Below are positions 30,307 through 44,888 of a DNA stretch of 64,000 bases, one piece after another (positions within the stretch are counted from its first letter, which is position 1; the number at the start of each line of letters is the position of its first letter). The stretch is taken from positions 124,001 to 188,000 of the forward strand of contig RSEE01000098.1 in the NCBI GenBank assembly GCA_003971905.1, in the 5' to 3' direction. The stretch is from Moniliella sp. 'wahieum' (lineage: Eukaryota). The notes beneath the pieces are model-generated. The model did no database searches and was not told where the DNA came from. It worked only from the letters and a program-made list of their open reading frames with translations. The translations under genes were made by a program, and so were the position numbers.

Positions 30307-32197
30307 CACACCCTCAGTGTCTTGCTTCTCTCTCTCTCTCGCCTTTTCTTTCTGTCGACTTGGTTCGGTTTCGATTGGTTGGCTGTATGATATGCCTCAC
30401 TTCTCCGATGTATTGACCCTCGCATCACGGAGTGGGAACTATATATGTTTCTGGATGATGATCTCTTCCTCTTCCTTCTTATATCTTTACCTTCTTCCCT
30501 CCGTCGTCAATCTGTGCCCATCGCAGACTATATGATTGGATGTTGGGGGAGGGGGGCATTGATATAGTGGTGGTGCATAATAACTAAAGCGTACTTTGTA
30601 TACTATTAGTAGTACCTATAGTTTCGATAATCGTAGTGTACAACTGTGAAGGCTCATCCTACCTTCCCGCCCGATCGAACCGTGCATCACATTGATCTGC
30701 CACACCTCCAATGAGCACGGGAATCTTCACCATATACTACTACGGAAACGCGCACGCAACATAGCGCGTGGTCGAGTCATGATCCGTCTCGTCCCTCGAC
30801 ACTGTCTCTTCCCACCCTATATAGGCTAGTTGAACTAGCAACTCTTCTTACGGTTGAGAGATCTCGTTTTTGTTGTTGTTACTAGGAATACGGCTCGTCC
30901 CCCTGATACCGACAGATGAACTTCATTGGCTGGGTCCAGAGAGCTGATGCCTGTGAGCATTGCTATTTACTCAGTCTGCGCTCATCATTGCTACTGGCGA
31001 AGGCTGTGGCGCCACACTGGTGTAGTGACGCCGGTAGCCCAAGCCGACGGATCCTTCCGTGCATAATTCCATCCAATATTCCTTCGTGGACAGGAGTATT
31101 ATTTAACAGCCTCTGCTCTCCAGTGGTCTTTTACAAAGGCCTGCTGCGCTGCAATGTCTGATGCATCTTCAATGGTTCCGGTCGTGCACGTGTCGATAAT
31201 CGATAATCGATAATCGTTGGAAGGTGTGAGATCTGATATCGGCAACAAGAGGGATTCGCTCAAGTAGTACATACGTACTACTTTCCCGCGGGGGGTCGCC
31301 CAGCGGCACCTCAGGCTGAGGCCCAGCGCCCAGGCCACTCAGCGGTGGTCGGAAGGCGACGCCAGGATCAACATCTCGCATGTCAACGTTCAAACTCGCT
31401 AAGCGCTACTAGCCGCTCACCAGCACCCCACTCCATCCAATATCCATCCCAGCCAGACCCTCCAGCTGCGCCCGTTCGCACCGGTGACGTCAGCTGCCAC
31501 CTGCCACGCGCCAGCGCGCGCCAGCCCTCCGCTTGCCAACACCACGTGGTCGAGACGACTCGATGACTCGATGACTAGTCGATGACTGGTCTGACTCCGC
31601 CACGTCCCAGGTTCCTCCAAGCCCCCCAAGAACCCTCCCCACATATACATACTGCTCCTACATACAACCGTCTATCGGACCCTCGACACGCGCTTTTTCG
31701 GCGGGTATTAGATTGTTCGTATTCGCAAGCGCCACCTGAGCGCCTATACGCGGCGCGAAGCTCACAGAGGCGGGTGCTGAGTACTCGGTGTACGCGTACT
31801 CGATCATTATCTCACCCACCCACGCATGCCATCTGTTGATACCCCGCGGGGAAACCGCCGCTGAAGCGTTTTGAAGCCCCCAGCAGAAGACGCGCGGGGG
31901 CGCCGGGGCAGTGGAAGCGCCCCAAGCCCCGCGGGAACAAGACATCGGACATTGGAGGTCGGGCGTCGGAGTGCAGCCGCCCGGCGCCTCAGCTGCTCGC
32001 ATCGCCCCACATCACATGTCACATGTCCACAGCGCGCGCGCATGGCACCAGTGCCTCCGTCGATAAGACTCCAGCAGCACGCGTCTCTGGCTTATATTGT
32101 TACTGCTGTGCGGATATTATACACACCGTTGCCTCCGTCGGCGTACAAAGTGCTGTCTCTGCTCGCCTCCGCCACCACCCTGCCCCCCCCGCCGCGC

Positions 32198-34745
32198 ATG
32201 CCCCCGCCGCTCGTGCCCGACGCGGCACACGCGTTCCCCTGCCTCACGTGCGGCAAGCGCTTTGCCCGCGAAGACCTCTCCGCCGCCACGTCGTCCGCGA
32301 GAAGCGCTCGCCGCCATCCCGCGTCTGCCGCGACAAAAGTCCTGCATCGAGTGGCGCGCACAAGAGCAGGTGCGACCTCAACTTCCCCTGTGGCCGCTGC
32401 TGCAAGAAGGACCGACACTGTGTGCGCACTGAGCCCCTCCTCCTTCCTACTCTCCCTCTGGTCTCCGCGCCCTGCCTTTCGCCCCTCCTGACGTCTCTGG
32501 CCAACTGATCCCCCCTATCGCGTGTGCCCTCGCAGGAGTATGCGGCCAACTCGGCGGGAGAGATGCGCGCCCGCGCCATCACCGCCGCCATGGCGCTCCA
32601 GCTGGATCCCCTGTTTGCACCGCCGCGCCATCGTGGCAGCCAGGAGGAGAGCGACGACAACAGCTCCTCCTCGTCTCCGCCGCCGGGCGCGACGACGGAG
32701 AAGATGCCGGCCGGTCTTCCCTGGCCCGACGTCTCTTCTTCCCTCGCCCCCCTTTCGCCCCCGCCTGCGCCGTCTTTGCCCCGGTGCCCCATCGCACGCC
32801 CCCCGCCGCACCCAAGGAAACTCCTCCCGCCTGGCTGCTCGACGACCAGACACGCCCTACCTTGGTGCGGCCCAGCCGCTGCCCCTGCTCGCGACAGCCG
32901 CGGCTCCCTGAGCCTCGCCTCCTCCTCCGCTGCCCGCCTGGAACCCGTGCCGCTGCCGCCCGTCACGCCACCCCCCCGCCCGAGTCTCTCGCCCGTGGGG
33001 CGCGCTCCCCAACGCCTTCCCCCGCCACGCCCCATCCACCTCCATCGCCCCGCTGCGTCCGCAGTTGGCTCCCATTCTCACCGCCCCACCTCTTCCCCCC
33101 CGGGCGCGCCGGGACGCTGTCCGAGCGCGGCCTGTCGGCATTACATGTACCCTCGGCATTGTTCAAGGAGACGTGGCTCGCGGAGCCTGTCCTGCCTTCG
33201 CCCAGCCAGCGCGTACGGGCCCTTTTCAGCAGTGCGCGACGCCCTCGGCGCCTCCTTCACCTTCCCTTCCTTTCCCTCGGCGCTGGATCCCTCGTCCAAC
33301 ACCGCTCCCGAGCTGGACAACTTGGAAGTAGGACCGCCTTTTGGATCTACCCCCATCGATCTCACCCTCCTCCTGCACGCAGCAGACCCAACTGGGCCCC
33401 GTTACGGTCCCCGCTACCGTCAGCTCGCTTGTCCCGACCCCGACTCTAGCGGCAGCAACCGGAACCGCAGCCGTTGTGGCTCCGGCGCCGCCGTCGCCTC
33501 GGCCCAGCGACGACGCCCAAGCGCACACAGCCAGTGTCGCACGGCAAATCTGGCAGTACGGGCTGGGTGGGTCAGGGGAGATGGTAATGACGCTTGCGCG
33601 TGCAGCGGCTTCGCAACTAGTGACGTACCCTACGCTCATGGTCCTTCCCGATTCCACCTCGCCCGTGCCGCCGTTCGTGTTCCGGCCCTGGCTCAGGCGA
33701 GTGCAGCGCGACTTGCCGGAAAGCTTGGCTATTGCACGTACCGTCCTGGCTGGGTACCTGGTCCGCTTGCCCTCTAGCCTGGCTACCGTCTGGACCAACG
33801 TGGCGCGCCAATTGCGTCATCTTATTCAGCGTACTCCGTACCTGGCTGCCGGGGACAACCTCGGATTGTTTGCTGCCACCGCTGCCCTCTGGCTCTACCT
33901 CGTCCTCGTCCTCTTGACTGAGGACGCGGCGGCAGAAGAGGCGATTGATCACCAGACCATCAACGCGGGCCTCTTGTCCCTCTCCACGTTGGCACGCAGC
34001 TTGAGCCTTCGCGTGCGCCAGTACGATGCCCAGGTGCGCTCCCACCCAACCGCGGAGAACACGGACACAAGCATGAACACGAACACGAACATGAACACGA
34101 ACACGAACATGAACACGAACACGAACATGAACACGAACATGAACGGCACGAGCAGGAGCAAGGGCATGGACATGGACATGGACTTTGCCACCTGGGGGTT
34201 ACTCGAGTCGATGCGGCGCACCCTGTTTGCCGCCTACACCTTCTCGTCCTGCAGCGTCTGCGGTACGACGGGCAGGAGGTGCAGCGCGGCTTGGCTGGGT
34301 GCCGAGCTGGTGCTCGACGGGCCCTGCCCGCGGGGGAGGAAGTGTTTAGTGTGACGAGCGAGGCAGAGTGGGTCGCAGCGCGTTCCCGCGCCCACGCGAG
34401 ACTCGCACCGGCTTTGCGCCGCCTCGCTGCCGCGCCAGATCAACTGGAATCGGCAACGGAACCGGACACGGGAAAGGAACCGCACCCGCACCCGCAACTG
34501 CAACTGCAACTGCAACCGGGAAATAAGGACAAGGAGGGGAACCACCTAGGTCCCCCGCCAGACCAGGTCGAGTGGCCCACGCTTCGCCACCTCGTGCACG
34601 CCCGCGCCCAGTTGGATTCGCATTCGCATTCGGATCCTCATTCGCAGGTGGCGCCGTGGCACGAGTGGTTTGGTCACGCCGACGAGTTACCAATGTGGTG
34701 CTGGCGTCCGCTGGGCTTGGATGGGCGCGAGGTGGGCAGCCTTGA
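32198..34745 (+). CDS. Fungal transcription factor with C2H2 finger plus Zn(II)2Cys6 cluster; probable intron about 32422-32535; frameshifts
   Basis: FPCLTCGKRFAREDL.RRH followed by SCIE...RCDLNFPCGRC; C-terminal WGLLESMRRTLFA typical of fungal TF regions. Confidence 0.8.
34072..34144 (+). repeat. Coding 18-bp tandem repeat ATGAACACGAACACGAAC encoding (MNTNTN)n
   Basis: Three full units plus partial units, in frame. Confidence 0.9.
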
Positions 34746-35521
34746 CCCCGACCTCGGACCCCGGGCCCCGGGCGCCCATCGTTCTTCTTTGGTTGACGTC
34801 TTGGGGGGGGGCTGGCAGTACTCAGTACACTCAGTACTCAGTACTCAGTCGCCCTGTCACGTCACGCGTCACCTGGCATATGTGCATGTCCTGTTGTCTC
34901 GTAACGATTTCTTGTACACAGTAACTAGTAACATCCCAATCAAAAGCTCATGGCGATGCATCGGTCTTGGGTCTCCCCTTCGCTGCTTATTGGTTTGTCG
35001 CCTGTCCCATCGATCCCTCTCTTGTCGGCTTTGCAACGGACGTTCTCTCTCTTTTGCGAAAGGAGGTGTAGATGGCCACGTTCAGGGGGCGGGGCAGGGG
35101 CTGGGAATGCGATGGTCACCGACGGTGGGCACGCTAAAGTATGGTATGGGAAAGAAAGGAGGAAGCGTGGTGCGTCACAATTGGTGCAGTGAGAGTCGAA
35201 GGGACAGGGGGGGCGATCTGGAAACTGAGGGGAGAGGATGATGCATGGCTATCTACAAAGCAGAGAGAGAGGTATACTTGTGCGATATACTATGCAGGGA
35301 ATGACTTCCTTCCTTCCTTGCCTACTGTCCCAATAGAACAGCTATTTTTGCGTCCACCTCGCACCAACGCCCCGACTAACCTTTCCGCCCACCTCCTCCC
35401 TCTTGAAGCTCGACGAGCATGACGGCGCCTGGCAACCCATCGTCTTGCGCTCTTCGTCCGACGCTGATCCATCCCGTCATGCTCCCCCGGGGAGCAACAC
35501 ATGTGTATACTTCCGTGCTGC

Positions 35522-37346
35522 TCACATCCCGGTCGCGTAGCACCAGAGCGCGCACCCACGCCAACACAGCAGAACCCCGTCGAGCGATCTGTGGCGGGCA
35601 GCGGCGAAGCCTGGGTCCCTGGGCCACGTCTCCTCCGACACCGACACCGACACCGACGTCCGGGGGCAAGCAGGCCGAGCCGTCGCGGCGCGATGAACGG
35701 TAGGACGCTCCTTCGTATCTTCCCTTCCCTCGGTCATTGAAAGCACGTTGCGTCTCCTGTCCGAAGCAGGTGGGAACCAACAGGTGGGCGTGGCATAGGC
35801 ATGGAGCGAAGTGAGCTTGAACCAGATACGTCCGTCTTGCCCTGAGGCAAGAGGAGGTGGACGTGGGGTCTCGTTGGGCGGGGGAGGCGAACTTAAAAGT
35901 AGTCCTCGAGGGGCCGGAGTGAGGGCGTGGTCGACAGTGCTGGCTGGTGTTGGCAACCTGGTGGGGCGAAATGGGGTATGGGGCGAAATGGCGGAGACCA
36001 AGGCCTTCAAGAGCCTGGAGCGGGTCACAGTTCAGCCCCAGAACTCGGATCCGGATTGTCGGGGGGAGGGAGGGAGAGGAGGTGCTGGTGGGCGCGAGGG
36101 CTGGTGAGGGGGGGGAGGTGGTTCCTGGCCATGGTGCACCGCCATCTTTGCAGGGCCTTGAGGATGCCATCGATATGGTGGCTTTCGGAGCTGGTGCGAG
36201 CACTGGAGGTAGGGGCAAGGGATGGGAAGGGGAAGGGGAAGAGGAAGAGGACAAAGATGAAGACGAGGGGGGCGTCGTGCCATGTTCTTTGCGGTACGAC
36301 TGAGAGACTTGAGGTAGCCAACCACTTCCATCACTGTCACTCTGTTGCGCAGGCGCTGTTTGAGACCATGCCGTTGCATGGCGGGGTGAGCGAAACGCAG
36401 CGATCAACTCGGTGTGCTCGGCGTCGGCGTCGGCATCGGCATCGGTATCGTCGTCAGGCAGGTCGCGGAGCCAAGGGTGCTGCAACGCTTCGCGCGCCGT
36501 CATGCGCTCCGACGCCGAGGTGAGGCAGTGACGAATAAAGTCTTTGGCCACGTCGCTGACGCCGTGCCAATACTGCGGCTCAACACACCACGTGCATCTT
36601 CATAATCGACCGAAACAAGTCGGTTTGCGTCTCACCAGAAAAGGGCGCGTAGCCGGCCAGGAGGGCAGTACGTCACCACCCCGGCCGACCAGAGTCCGTC
36701 TCAAACCCATACCCGCCCGCTTGCCCATCAGCACTCGGGCGAGACGTACTGGGGCGAGCCACAGGCCGCGGTGAGGATCGCATCGTGCGGCAGCATGGTC
36801 GACAGCCCAAAGTCGCTGATGACCAAGTTGGGCGGCCCGGTGGCCGATCGGAGCAGCAAGTTTTCCGGCTTGATGTCGCGGTGCACAATGCCCACGTGAT
36901 GGAGGTAAGCCAGGCCCTGGAACAGCTGGCGCACGAGCAACCGCGCATCCAGTTCCGTGTAGTGCACCTTGGCCACAATGCTGTCAAACAGCTCCCCGCC
37001 GCTGCAGTAGTCCATCACCATAACACGCCTTCGCGCGTCTGGTACAGGTCGTAGAGCTGGACCACGTGCGGGTGGTGCACGCGCTGCAGGATGCGCGTCT
37101 CGTCGCGCAGCAGCGCCTCGTCGCTCGTCTTGAGCGGCTTCTTGGCGACGATCTTCAGCGCCCGCTCTTGCCCGACGCACGGTGCACCACCAGCTTGACC
37201 ACGGCAAACGTGCCATGGCCCAGCACGCGGTCTGCAGTCGTACGCGCGCACCAGCTCCGGCGGCAAGAGCGGACTGCCGTCGCGCTCGGTGTGGTGGAAC
37301 CAGGAATGGAACGCACGCGACACGGAGGGGTGTGGGTGTGGGGCAT
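35522..37346 (-). CDS. Ca2+/calmodulin-dependent (CaMK1-like) Ser/Thr kinase; frameshifts; both ends approximate
   Basis: LGHGTFAVV, ALKIVAKK, GGELFDSI, HRDIKPENLL, DFGLS, CGSPQYVSPE, AKDFI..ERMTAREALQHPWL. Confidence 0.9.
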
Positions 37347-37674
37347 GGGCGGCGCAGCCGGGGGGGGAAGAAGAGGGGGAGAGGGATGGAGGTGGAGGTG
37401 GGATGGAGGTGGAGATGGAGGTGGAGATGGAGATGGAGATGGAAGACCCAGACAGAGAAGATGGAAGATGGAGGTTTGAGTGCCTGTCCTGTCTGGCGGC
37501 CCGCCAAGCCCCGAGGGTGATTAACCGGTAGGGTGGACAGCGAAGCGCACTGGGCCAGTGTGCCCGCCGGCAGAACCCACCCGACCAGCACAGCCACCCA
37601 GCCCCACCCCCCAGCACGTGACGCGGGCACCTATCTGCGATCATGTCTACCTTGTGGGGATCTGCCAGCCCACC

Positions 37675-37755
37675 GGCCTCTTGGCGCAGCGGTAGCGCGT
37701 GAGATTCCAGCTGTCGGACTCCTCAAGGTCATCCGTTCAAATCGGGTAGGGGTCA
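37675..37755 (+). tRNA. tRNA-Trp(CCA) with 9-nt intron
   Basis: GGCCTCT acceptor stem, GCGC D-stem, TT-CCA-G loop, GTTCAAATC T-loop, followed by a TTTTTT terminator. Confidence 0.9.
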
Positions 37756-37996
37756 TTTTTTGTTTTGTTTGGCTCTGGTGCTAACAGGAAGAACAAGAGG
37801 TACCTTGTTGGAGTAGCGACACTGGCTCTCAACAGCTTGCTCGCACCGGACTTGCACCAAAAAACATTGGGCCCCATATTATGACGGACGACATGCATTC
37901 ATGGAAACAAATAACACCCGGTCATCGAGAATGATCAGGGAAGAGGCCAGCTTGTTTGTACTGTAGGGCGGCAGATGGGTTGCGCCAAAAAGCGCA

Positions 37997-38077
37997 TGAC
38001 CCCTACCCGATTTGAACGGATGACCTTGAGGAGTCCCATCGCTGGAATCTCACGCGCTACCGCTGCGCCAAGAGGCC
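37997..38077 (-). tRNA. tRNA-Trp(CCA) with 9-nt intron, convergent second copy
   Basis: Exons identical to the copy at 37675-37755; intron differs (CGATGGGAC vs CTGTCGGAC). Confidence 0.9.
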
Positions 38078-38522
38078 TTTGTTGGCGGCGTTCATTCCTT
38101 CGAGTACACCAACAAAGCAGTGGATTTTGGTTGTATTCTGTTTTGCATGTCTACCAGTTGTGCAGGGCTTTGCTTTGTGCATCGTGGCTACCCATCGATT
38201 GGGAAGCCGTCGCCAGAGCTGGGTAATGTTGGAGCTCTGGGCCCCCACACGCGCATGGACGCTTACTGGGTAGCAGTAGGTGGCCACTGGAGGCGACTTG
38301 CGTGGAAGCTTCGTGGACTCGGTAGCGGCATGCGCAGGCAAGAGAGAGTGCGCTTACGGCATGCGGGCCGTGTGCTTACGTCAGGCGGCAAGGCGCAGGG
38401 TGCCTGAGCTGCCGCGGGGTGTGATGCGTGGTGATGCATGACGAGCCCGCCGCCTGGCTGCTGCGCACACTGGGCGGCCGCCGTCACATCTGCCCCACCA
38501 CCCCCGATCCGCCAACTTCGCC

Positions 38523-39287
<765 letters not shown>

Positions 39288-39599
39288 ACGTTTTCTGTTC
39301 TCCTATTTTTTTGTCGCGAATGGATCCGTGCTTGCATTGGACAGTACACTTGTCGTGGGAATCCTTGCCTCCTCAGAGGATTGGTCCACTTGCTACCACA
39401 GCGACAGGATTTGGATTCGTCGCCGCCTGGCCGCCCAGGCACTGAGTCGGCGGTGATTCAGTTGTGACTGGCCACTGACGAAGGCATCTCAGCCATCGTT
39501 GTGTTGATTTGGATAGTTGGCCCGGGTATGGTGCGCGTGTCAACTGCTGGGCCGATCGAATGAGGTGATCAACTGGTGTAGGTGTAGGTGGACAAAAAA

Positions 39600-39698
39600 T
39601 GACGAGAGTGGGATTCGAACCCACGCCCCGGAGGACTGCGGTTAGGCCCTAAACAGGAACACCTTAACACAGCGCGTTAGACCACTTCGCTATCCGCC
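39600..39698 (-). tRNA. tRNA-Leu(AAG) with intron and long variable arm
   Basis: Reverse complement: CTGTG-TT-AAG-G..intron..CGCAG, variable arm CCTCCGGGG, GGTTCGAATCC. The 5' acceptor strand appears one base short (likely sequencing deletion). Confidence 0.85.
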
Positions 39699-41795
39699 TT
39701 GCTTACTTGAAATTCATTAAAGTTGAACCCTAATAGGAGCTGTCTCGCAATGGTATGGCCAAGATAGAAAGATCTTGACACCCATCCTTATTTTTGGGTA
39801 CGTGTCATTCTTCCTACAAACTGCCTTGTCTAGCAATCGAGGAAACTTTCTTAAAGCAGCAAACGCCTCTTTGTGTACCATCTTGCAGACCGCATCTCTG
39901 ACGTGCATTTCCCTCGAGACAGGTGTTGTCCCAACCTCCCGCCCGAATCAATCGTTCTTCGTTCCAAGTCCCATTCACCAAGTATACACACAACAGTTCG
40001 TGTGAGCTTCAAGCTTCCTCCCTACTGTACCTCCGCGTCTTCTTCCACGATCAGACAGTCCATTCAAATCGTCACAGTCCCGAGACTGAATATTAGGTTG
40101 GTGTCCGCACACTTGATGCATTGGTGCCTTGATGCCTTCATGGCAAAACCAGGAAATACGAAAGTATATTGGTGAGGAGCCGGCCGACGGATGTGCGATA
40201 GTCTGCTGTTACTAAATGGGTGTACAACAAAGTAGCCAAACACGTTCCGGCTTTCATGAGAACGAAGCGATTGATGACGGGGGTGAGCGAGGGCCGCTGT
40301 GGGAGGACGACGGAGGGATGCACCCAGCTTCCGCAATTCACGTTTCCAACAACGGGTTGGAGCGCAACACGGAGAGAAAAGACTGACGGGCGTGGCAGAC
40401 ATGCATGCGCGCAGCGTTCGGACGAAGAACCATTTCCCATCGGCTCACTTTGGCTTCTCCCCTCCACGGGTGTCATCATCTTTTCCTGGCAATCTATATA
40501 TTGCCGGAGTAGTACCCTCCCATGTCGTCGTCCCAGCAGCGAAGAACGGGACTTTAGTCCGTCCCAGGTACTCGTGGCGGACTTGTCGCCAGACGCTTGC
40601 TCCAGCAGCCCTGCGTGTGCTTGCGTTCCATCATCGAGAGATCGTGTGGACCAAAAAAGATGATGTCGGACGGTGGCTGAGAGCCTCAGCAATCATTAAT
40701 CAGGCCGGTTGTTAATTGCTGAAATGGAGGACCAAGGCACAATCGCATGCGTTTGCAATGTTGAAACCACCTCGGCCCGAAAGACGTGCGCAGAGCAGCT
40801 GGGCACGTAATGCGTTTACCCCACACCCTCTCTGCGCGTCTGCTTCTATCTCCCAGACACGCCTGGTCGTAGGCCTTCAGTTGCGCGCTGGGTGCGCACA
40901 CGCGCAAGGTGGCGGCGATAAGAAAGGAGGCCAAAGCGAGCACGTATAAACCGACTGACTAGGTACCTCACCCGTCGTCCAGCATGGTCCCCTCCGCATC
41001 GCGTATTCTGCGTAGTTACTAATGGAGAAAGCCGGCTTTCTCTTGTTGGCGTAGAGTGCTTATGTGTTGTCCTCTCCGTCCGTACGACAGGCACCACCAC
41101 AAAACATTCAACTCTGCCGTTCACACTCTTCCAATGGGAACATCCTGCATCAGGTTCCCATAGCGTAGGACACTCTTTCGGACCTGAATCCCCGGAGGGG
41201 GCCGCGAGTAATCTCAAGGGCTTTTCCGGTGTACCGTGCACCGTGTAAAAGCAATAGCAATAGTATACGGAGGCTGGCTGGTACAGCCTATTCACACTGA
41301 GCTGTTGCGATGCGGCTTGGCTTTAATTGGATCAGTGCATGCGATACCTCGCTGCGCACGGATTCTTAGCACGTCAGCGTTACCTTCCTCTTATTATGCT
41401 CTGCTACTGTACTGTAGCTTAGCCCGCACCATTACGTGGCTTAGGTCCATGCACAGCAGAACATAACGGACCCACCATGAAAGCCGTTGAGCGACATCGA
41501 TCTGACGGCGAAAGATTAATCCATCAGTGCGAACAAAATGATCTATCGCTACAACCGCCTTCCCCGGAACTGTCCCATGGATCCTCTGCAAGTTAGCTAT
41601 CTCCGAGACCAGGCACCAAGAGCCCCTGTCTGGGTCCATCTCAAGGGCGCCATAGTGAAAGCTGGAAGAGAGCAAGGGAGAATGTTGAGTAGCATATAAG
41701 ACGACGGGTAGAAGAAGCACACATCCATTTTCATCACCTCCTTACCCACGCTCCGCTTATCCAGTTCCACCTCCTACACCTCCAGCATTTGCATC

Positions 41796-43379
41796 ATGGC
41801 CGCCATCGCAGTCCAGCCCATTGCCCAGCCCACTTTCGGGGCTGGCACTAAGCCGTCGTACGTGCCGCCTGTCTCGTCCAAGGATACGACGGCGCAGGCG
41901 ACAAAGGCCGCTGTTCAGACCGAGTCCGTCCAGGCCCTGATCCGACCGAAAAGGAGGCCAACATCAAGCTTGAGCTCGCGGACTGGGTGAAGAACCAAGA
42001 TGGAGTTCCGTACTGGGAGCGGATCTACCCGGTGGAACAGCCCTCGTTTGAGGAGGCAGCCAAGGGCCATCCTGAGGACCGCCGTGCCCCCCACCCGGAC
42101 GAAGAGTTCCCCCTGTCGGAAGCGGGACCGGAGGAACGTGCGCGTCGTGCCAAGGAGTTGGATGACCTGAACCAAGTCAACTTACCAAGCGCCCGCTTGA
42201 CGAGGACTTTGAGCCAGGGTACAAGTACGCCTGGGCTCTGCCTTGGTTTGACGAGCGGTACAAGTCGGACTACTTTAAGGACCAGCACTGGAAGCCGTTT
42301 GAGCATCGGGACGTGGGCTTGCGTGCGCTGTCGCACCCGGACCCTTGGCCTTCCTCAAAAAGGAAGGTGTCAAGACGGAAGAGCTCTCGCCCGGGTTCGG
42401 AACCAAGGTGTACGGCTTGGACCTCACCGCTCTCACTCCCGACGAGAAGGATGAGTTGGCACTGTACATTGCCCAGCGGGGGGTGGTGGTGTTGAGGACC
42501 AGGACAAATTTATCGATCAGTCCCCCGAGGAACTCAAGGCGTATGGATACCATTTCTCCCCCAAGCAGCACCAGCATCAAGTGTCGGGCCAGCCGAAGGA
42601 CCACCCCGAGTTCCACCTCGTCTATCGCTCGCCCAACTGGCCCCTCGATTCGTACCGTGCTGGTGGCCGCTTTTCTAGCAAGGGTAACGTTCTTGTCACC
42701 CCCCCCCCCGTCGCCCTATATGTGCCCTATGTGTCCCCAGTGCGTTTGCGTTGTACTCACCAATCCACCTTGCAGGCTGGCACTCGGATGTGTCGTTCGA
42801 AGCGCAGCCCGCTGGCACCACGGCCCTGTTCCTGTTTGACTCGCCCAAGAGCGGGGGGGACACGCTCTTCATTGACCAGGAAGAGCTGCGGCGCCTCTCG
42901 CCTTCCTTCCGCGCGTACCTCAGCACGCTCAAGGCCGAGCACGATGGGTTCCGCCAGGTGGAGCTGGCCAAGCAGAGCAAGCTCGGTGTGGCCCGCCGTC
43001 CGCCCGTGAGCAACGTGCACCCGGTCGTGCGCACCCACCCGGTCACGGGGCGCGAAAGCTTGTATGTGTCCGAATCGTTCACCAAGCGCATCGTTGGTGT
43101 CAAGGAAGAGGAAAGTGAAGCGATCTTGGGCCTGCTCAAGAAACTGGTCAATGAAACGCTGGATGCACAGGTCCGCGTTCAGTGGGGACCCAAGTCGGTC
43201 GTGTACTGGGACAACCGTCGCACATTGCACTCGGCGTCGTACGCCAAGTCCGACAAGCCCGAGCGCCGCCACGGCGCCGCATCACGCCCCAGGCCGAACG
43301 CCCGTTCTATGTTCCCCGTCCCGAGGGCTTCTTTGCCGAGTTGCGCGACGTCCAGCCGCCGCGCAAGCTTGCCGTGTAA
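41796..43379 (+). CDS. TauD/TfdA-family alpha-ketoglutarate-dependent (sulfonate) dioxygenase; intron 42684-42775; frameshifts
   Basis: LSPGFGTKVYG, AQRGVVV, WHSDVSFE (HxD), GGDTLF, HPVVRTHPVTG, WDNRRTLH. Confidence 0.93.
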
Positions 43380-44888
43380 AGCGTTAAGTCGGGCTGGGCC
43401 CGGGACTGCAAGTGTCCCACCTCGTAAAGTGATCGATAGGCCGTTGTGGCAAATATATGGTGAATACCGCGCATTACGCATTATACGCAGTTCTTCACGC
43501 ATATAGTCTGTTGCATATGATAGATGCCGCCTCTCTGAATACGAGGGTACGCCCGTTGATGCTTGTAACCTCGTCGAGCGCGAAGATCATTACTATAGGG
43601 TACTGCGAGAGGTTACAACTCGTGGGGGAAATGATCAGTAGGATAATGTGGTCAGGCGGTCAGGCACACAGTATGTGGAGTTGACCAGCATACCTTGTCG
43701 TGTTGCACCGTGGCTGTTGCGAGTCGCGCTACCCTATTAGTTAAGAGTTTTTTTTGTTTTAGGCGTAGCCTGCGCCGCGCGTCCTATCCATGTAACCTTG
43801 TGCCAATTGTAAGCTGCTCGTGTGGTAGACACTGCTGGGGCATCTCTGTTTTTCCCTACCACCGCCACCTCTTCGCTCCACTCGTTACCTCGTTCTCGCT
43901 CATCTGCTTAGTCTGGTGGCTCAGACCATGCCGTCTGCCTGTGTCGTAGTACGTCGCAACAGTAGAGCTATTATCGAGCCGGATGCAAAAGGGGAACCAG
44001 CTGTATCCGTATGGAAGATGGACCTGCATTCTCACAACAGCTTTTCTGTCATATCTTCCACGTCTTTCTTTATTGGGGGTGTGTGCTTCACTGCGGCTTG
44101 ACTCGCTTCACTGCTGTCCTTTTTCCGTGGAAGAATGTCAGCTCTTGATCAAGAGGGGACATGTCGCTTACGCCGATGCGCTGAGGGTGTTGGTGCCCGT
44201 GCTGGCGATAGCGCCCGCAGGGGCAAAGTTGCTGATAACACACTACCAATAGTGAGTACTGAGCGTGGTTGGTTGGGGATGGCCGATCGATCGATAGTGA
44301 ACGTTGAACGTAGTGTAGTCGGGAGAGAGGATCGGAGAGAGGATGATGGATGATGCGGCCGCTTTCTGTCCCAACCGCTTTGGTGCGATGGAAGAATGGA
44401 AGAGGAGAGGAGGGCGGATTGTTGTGTGCTCGGTGGCAACACTGGCGCTGTGCTTGCGCTGAGGTGGTATGGTATATGGCCATGGGAGTGAGACAGGCCG
44501 AGCGGGCCGGCGTGTGTCAGATGCGCCGGTGAAATTTGAAATGTGTGAAACGGGAAACTGGACAGCCCAACGGGACAACGCGTCGCCAGCAACCCTAGGG
44601 CAGGCAGTTGTATTTGCGCGGCTGCCCCCGCGCTGGCCAGCTGGGGCGGGCGGCGGGCGAGTTTGATTGGGAGATGGGGGATGGGGACCACCACCACAAC
44701 GAGCACCGCACAAGCCGCGCCCGCACCCGCACCACCCGCACCCGCACCCGACCCGCCCGACACGCGCTCGGTTGGGGTGCGCAGGTGCGGACGCGCGGGT
44801 GTTGTGAGCCCCGCGCACGCACATATTGACGCGGGGCCTCATCAACCCACCCCCCCCCCCCACCACCACCGCGACGAGGATGGCCACG

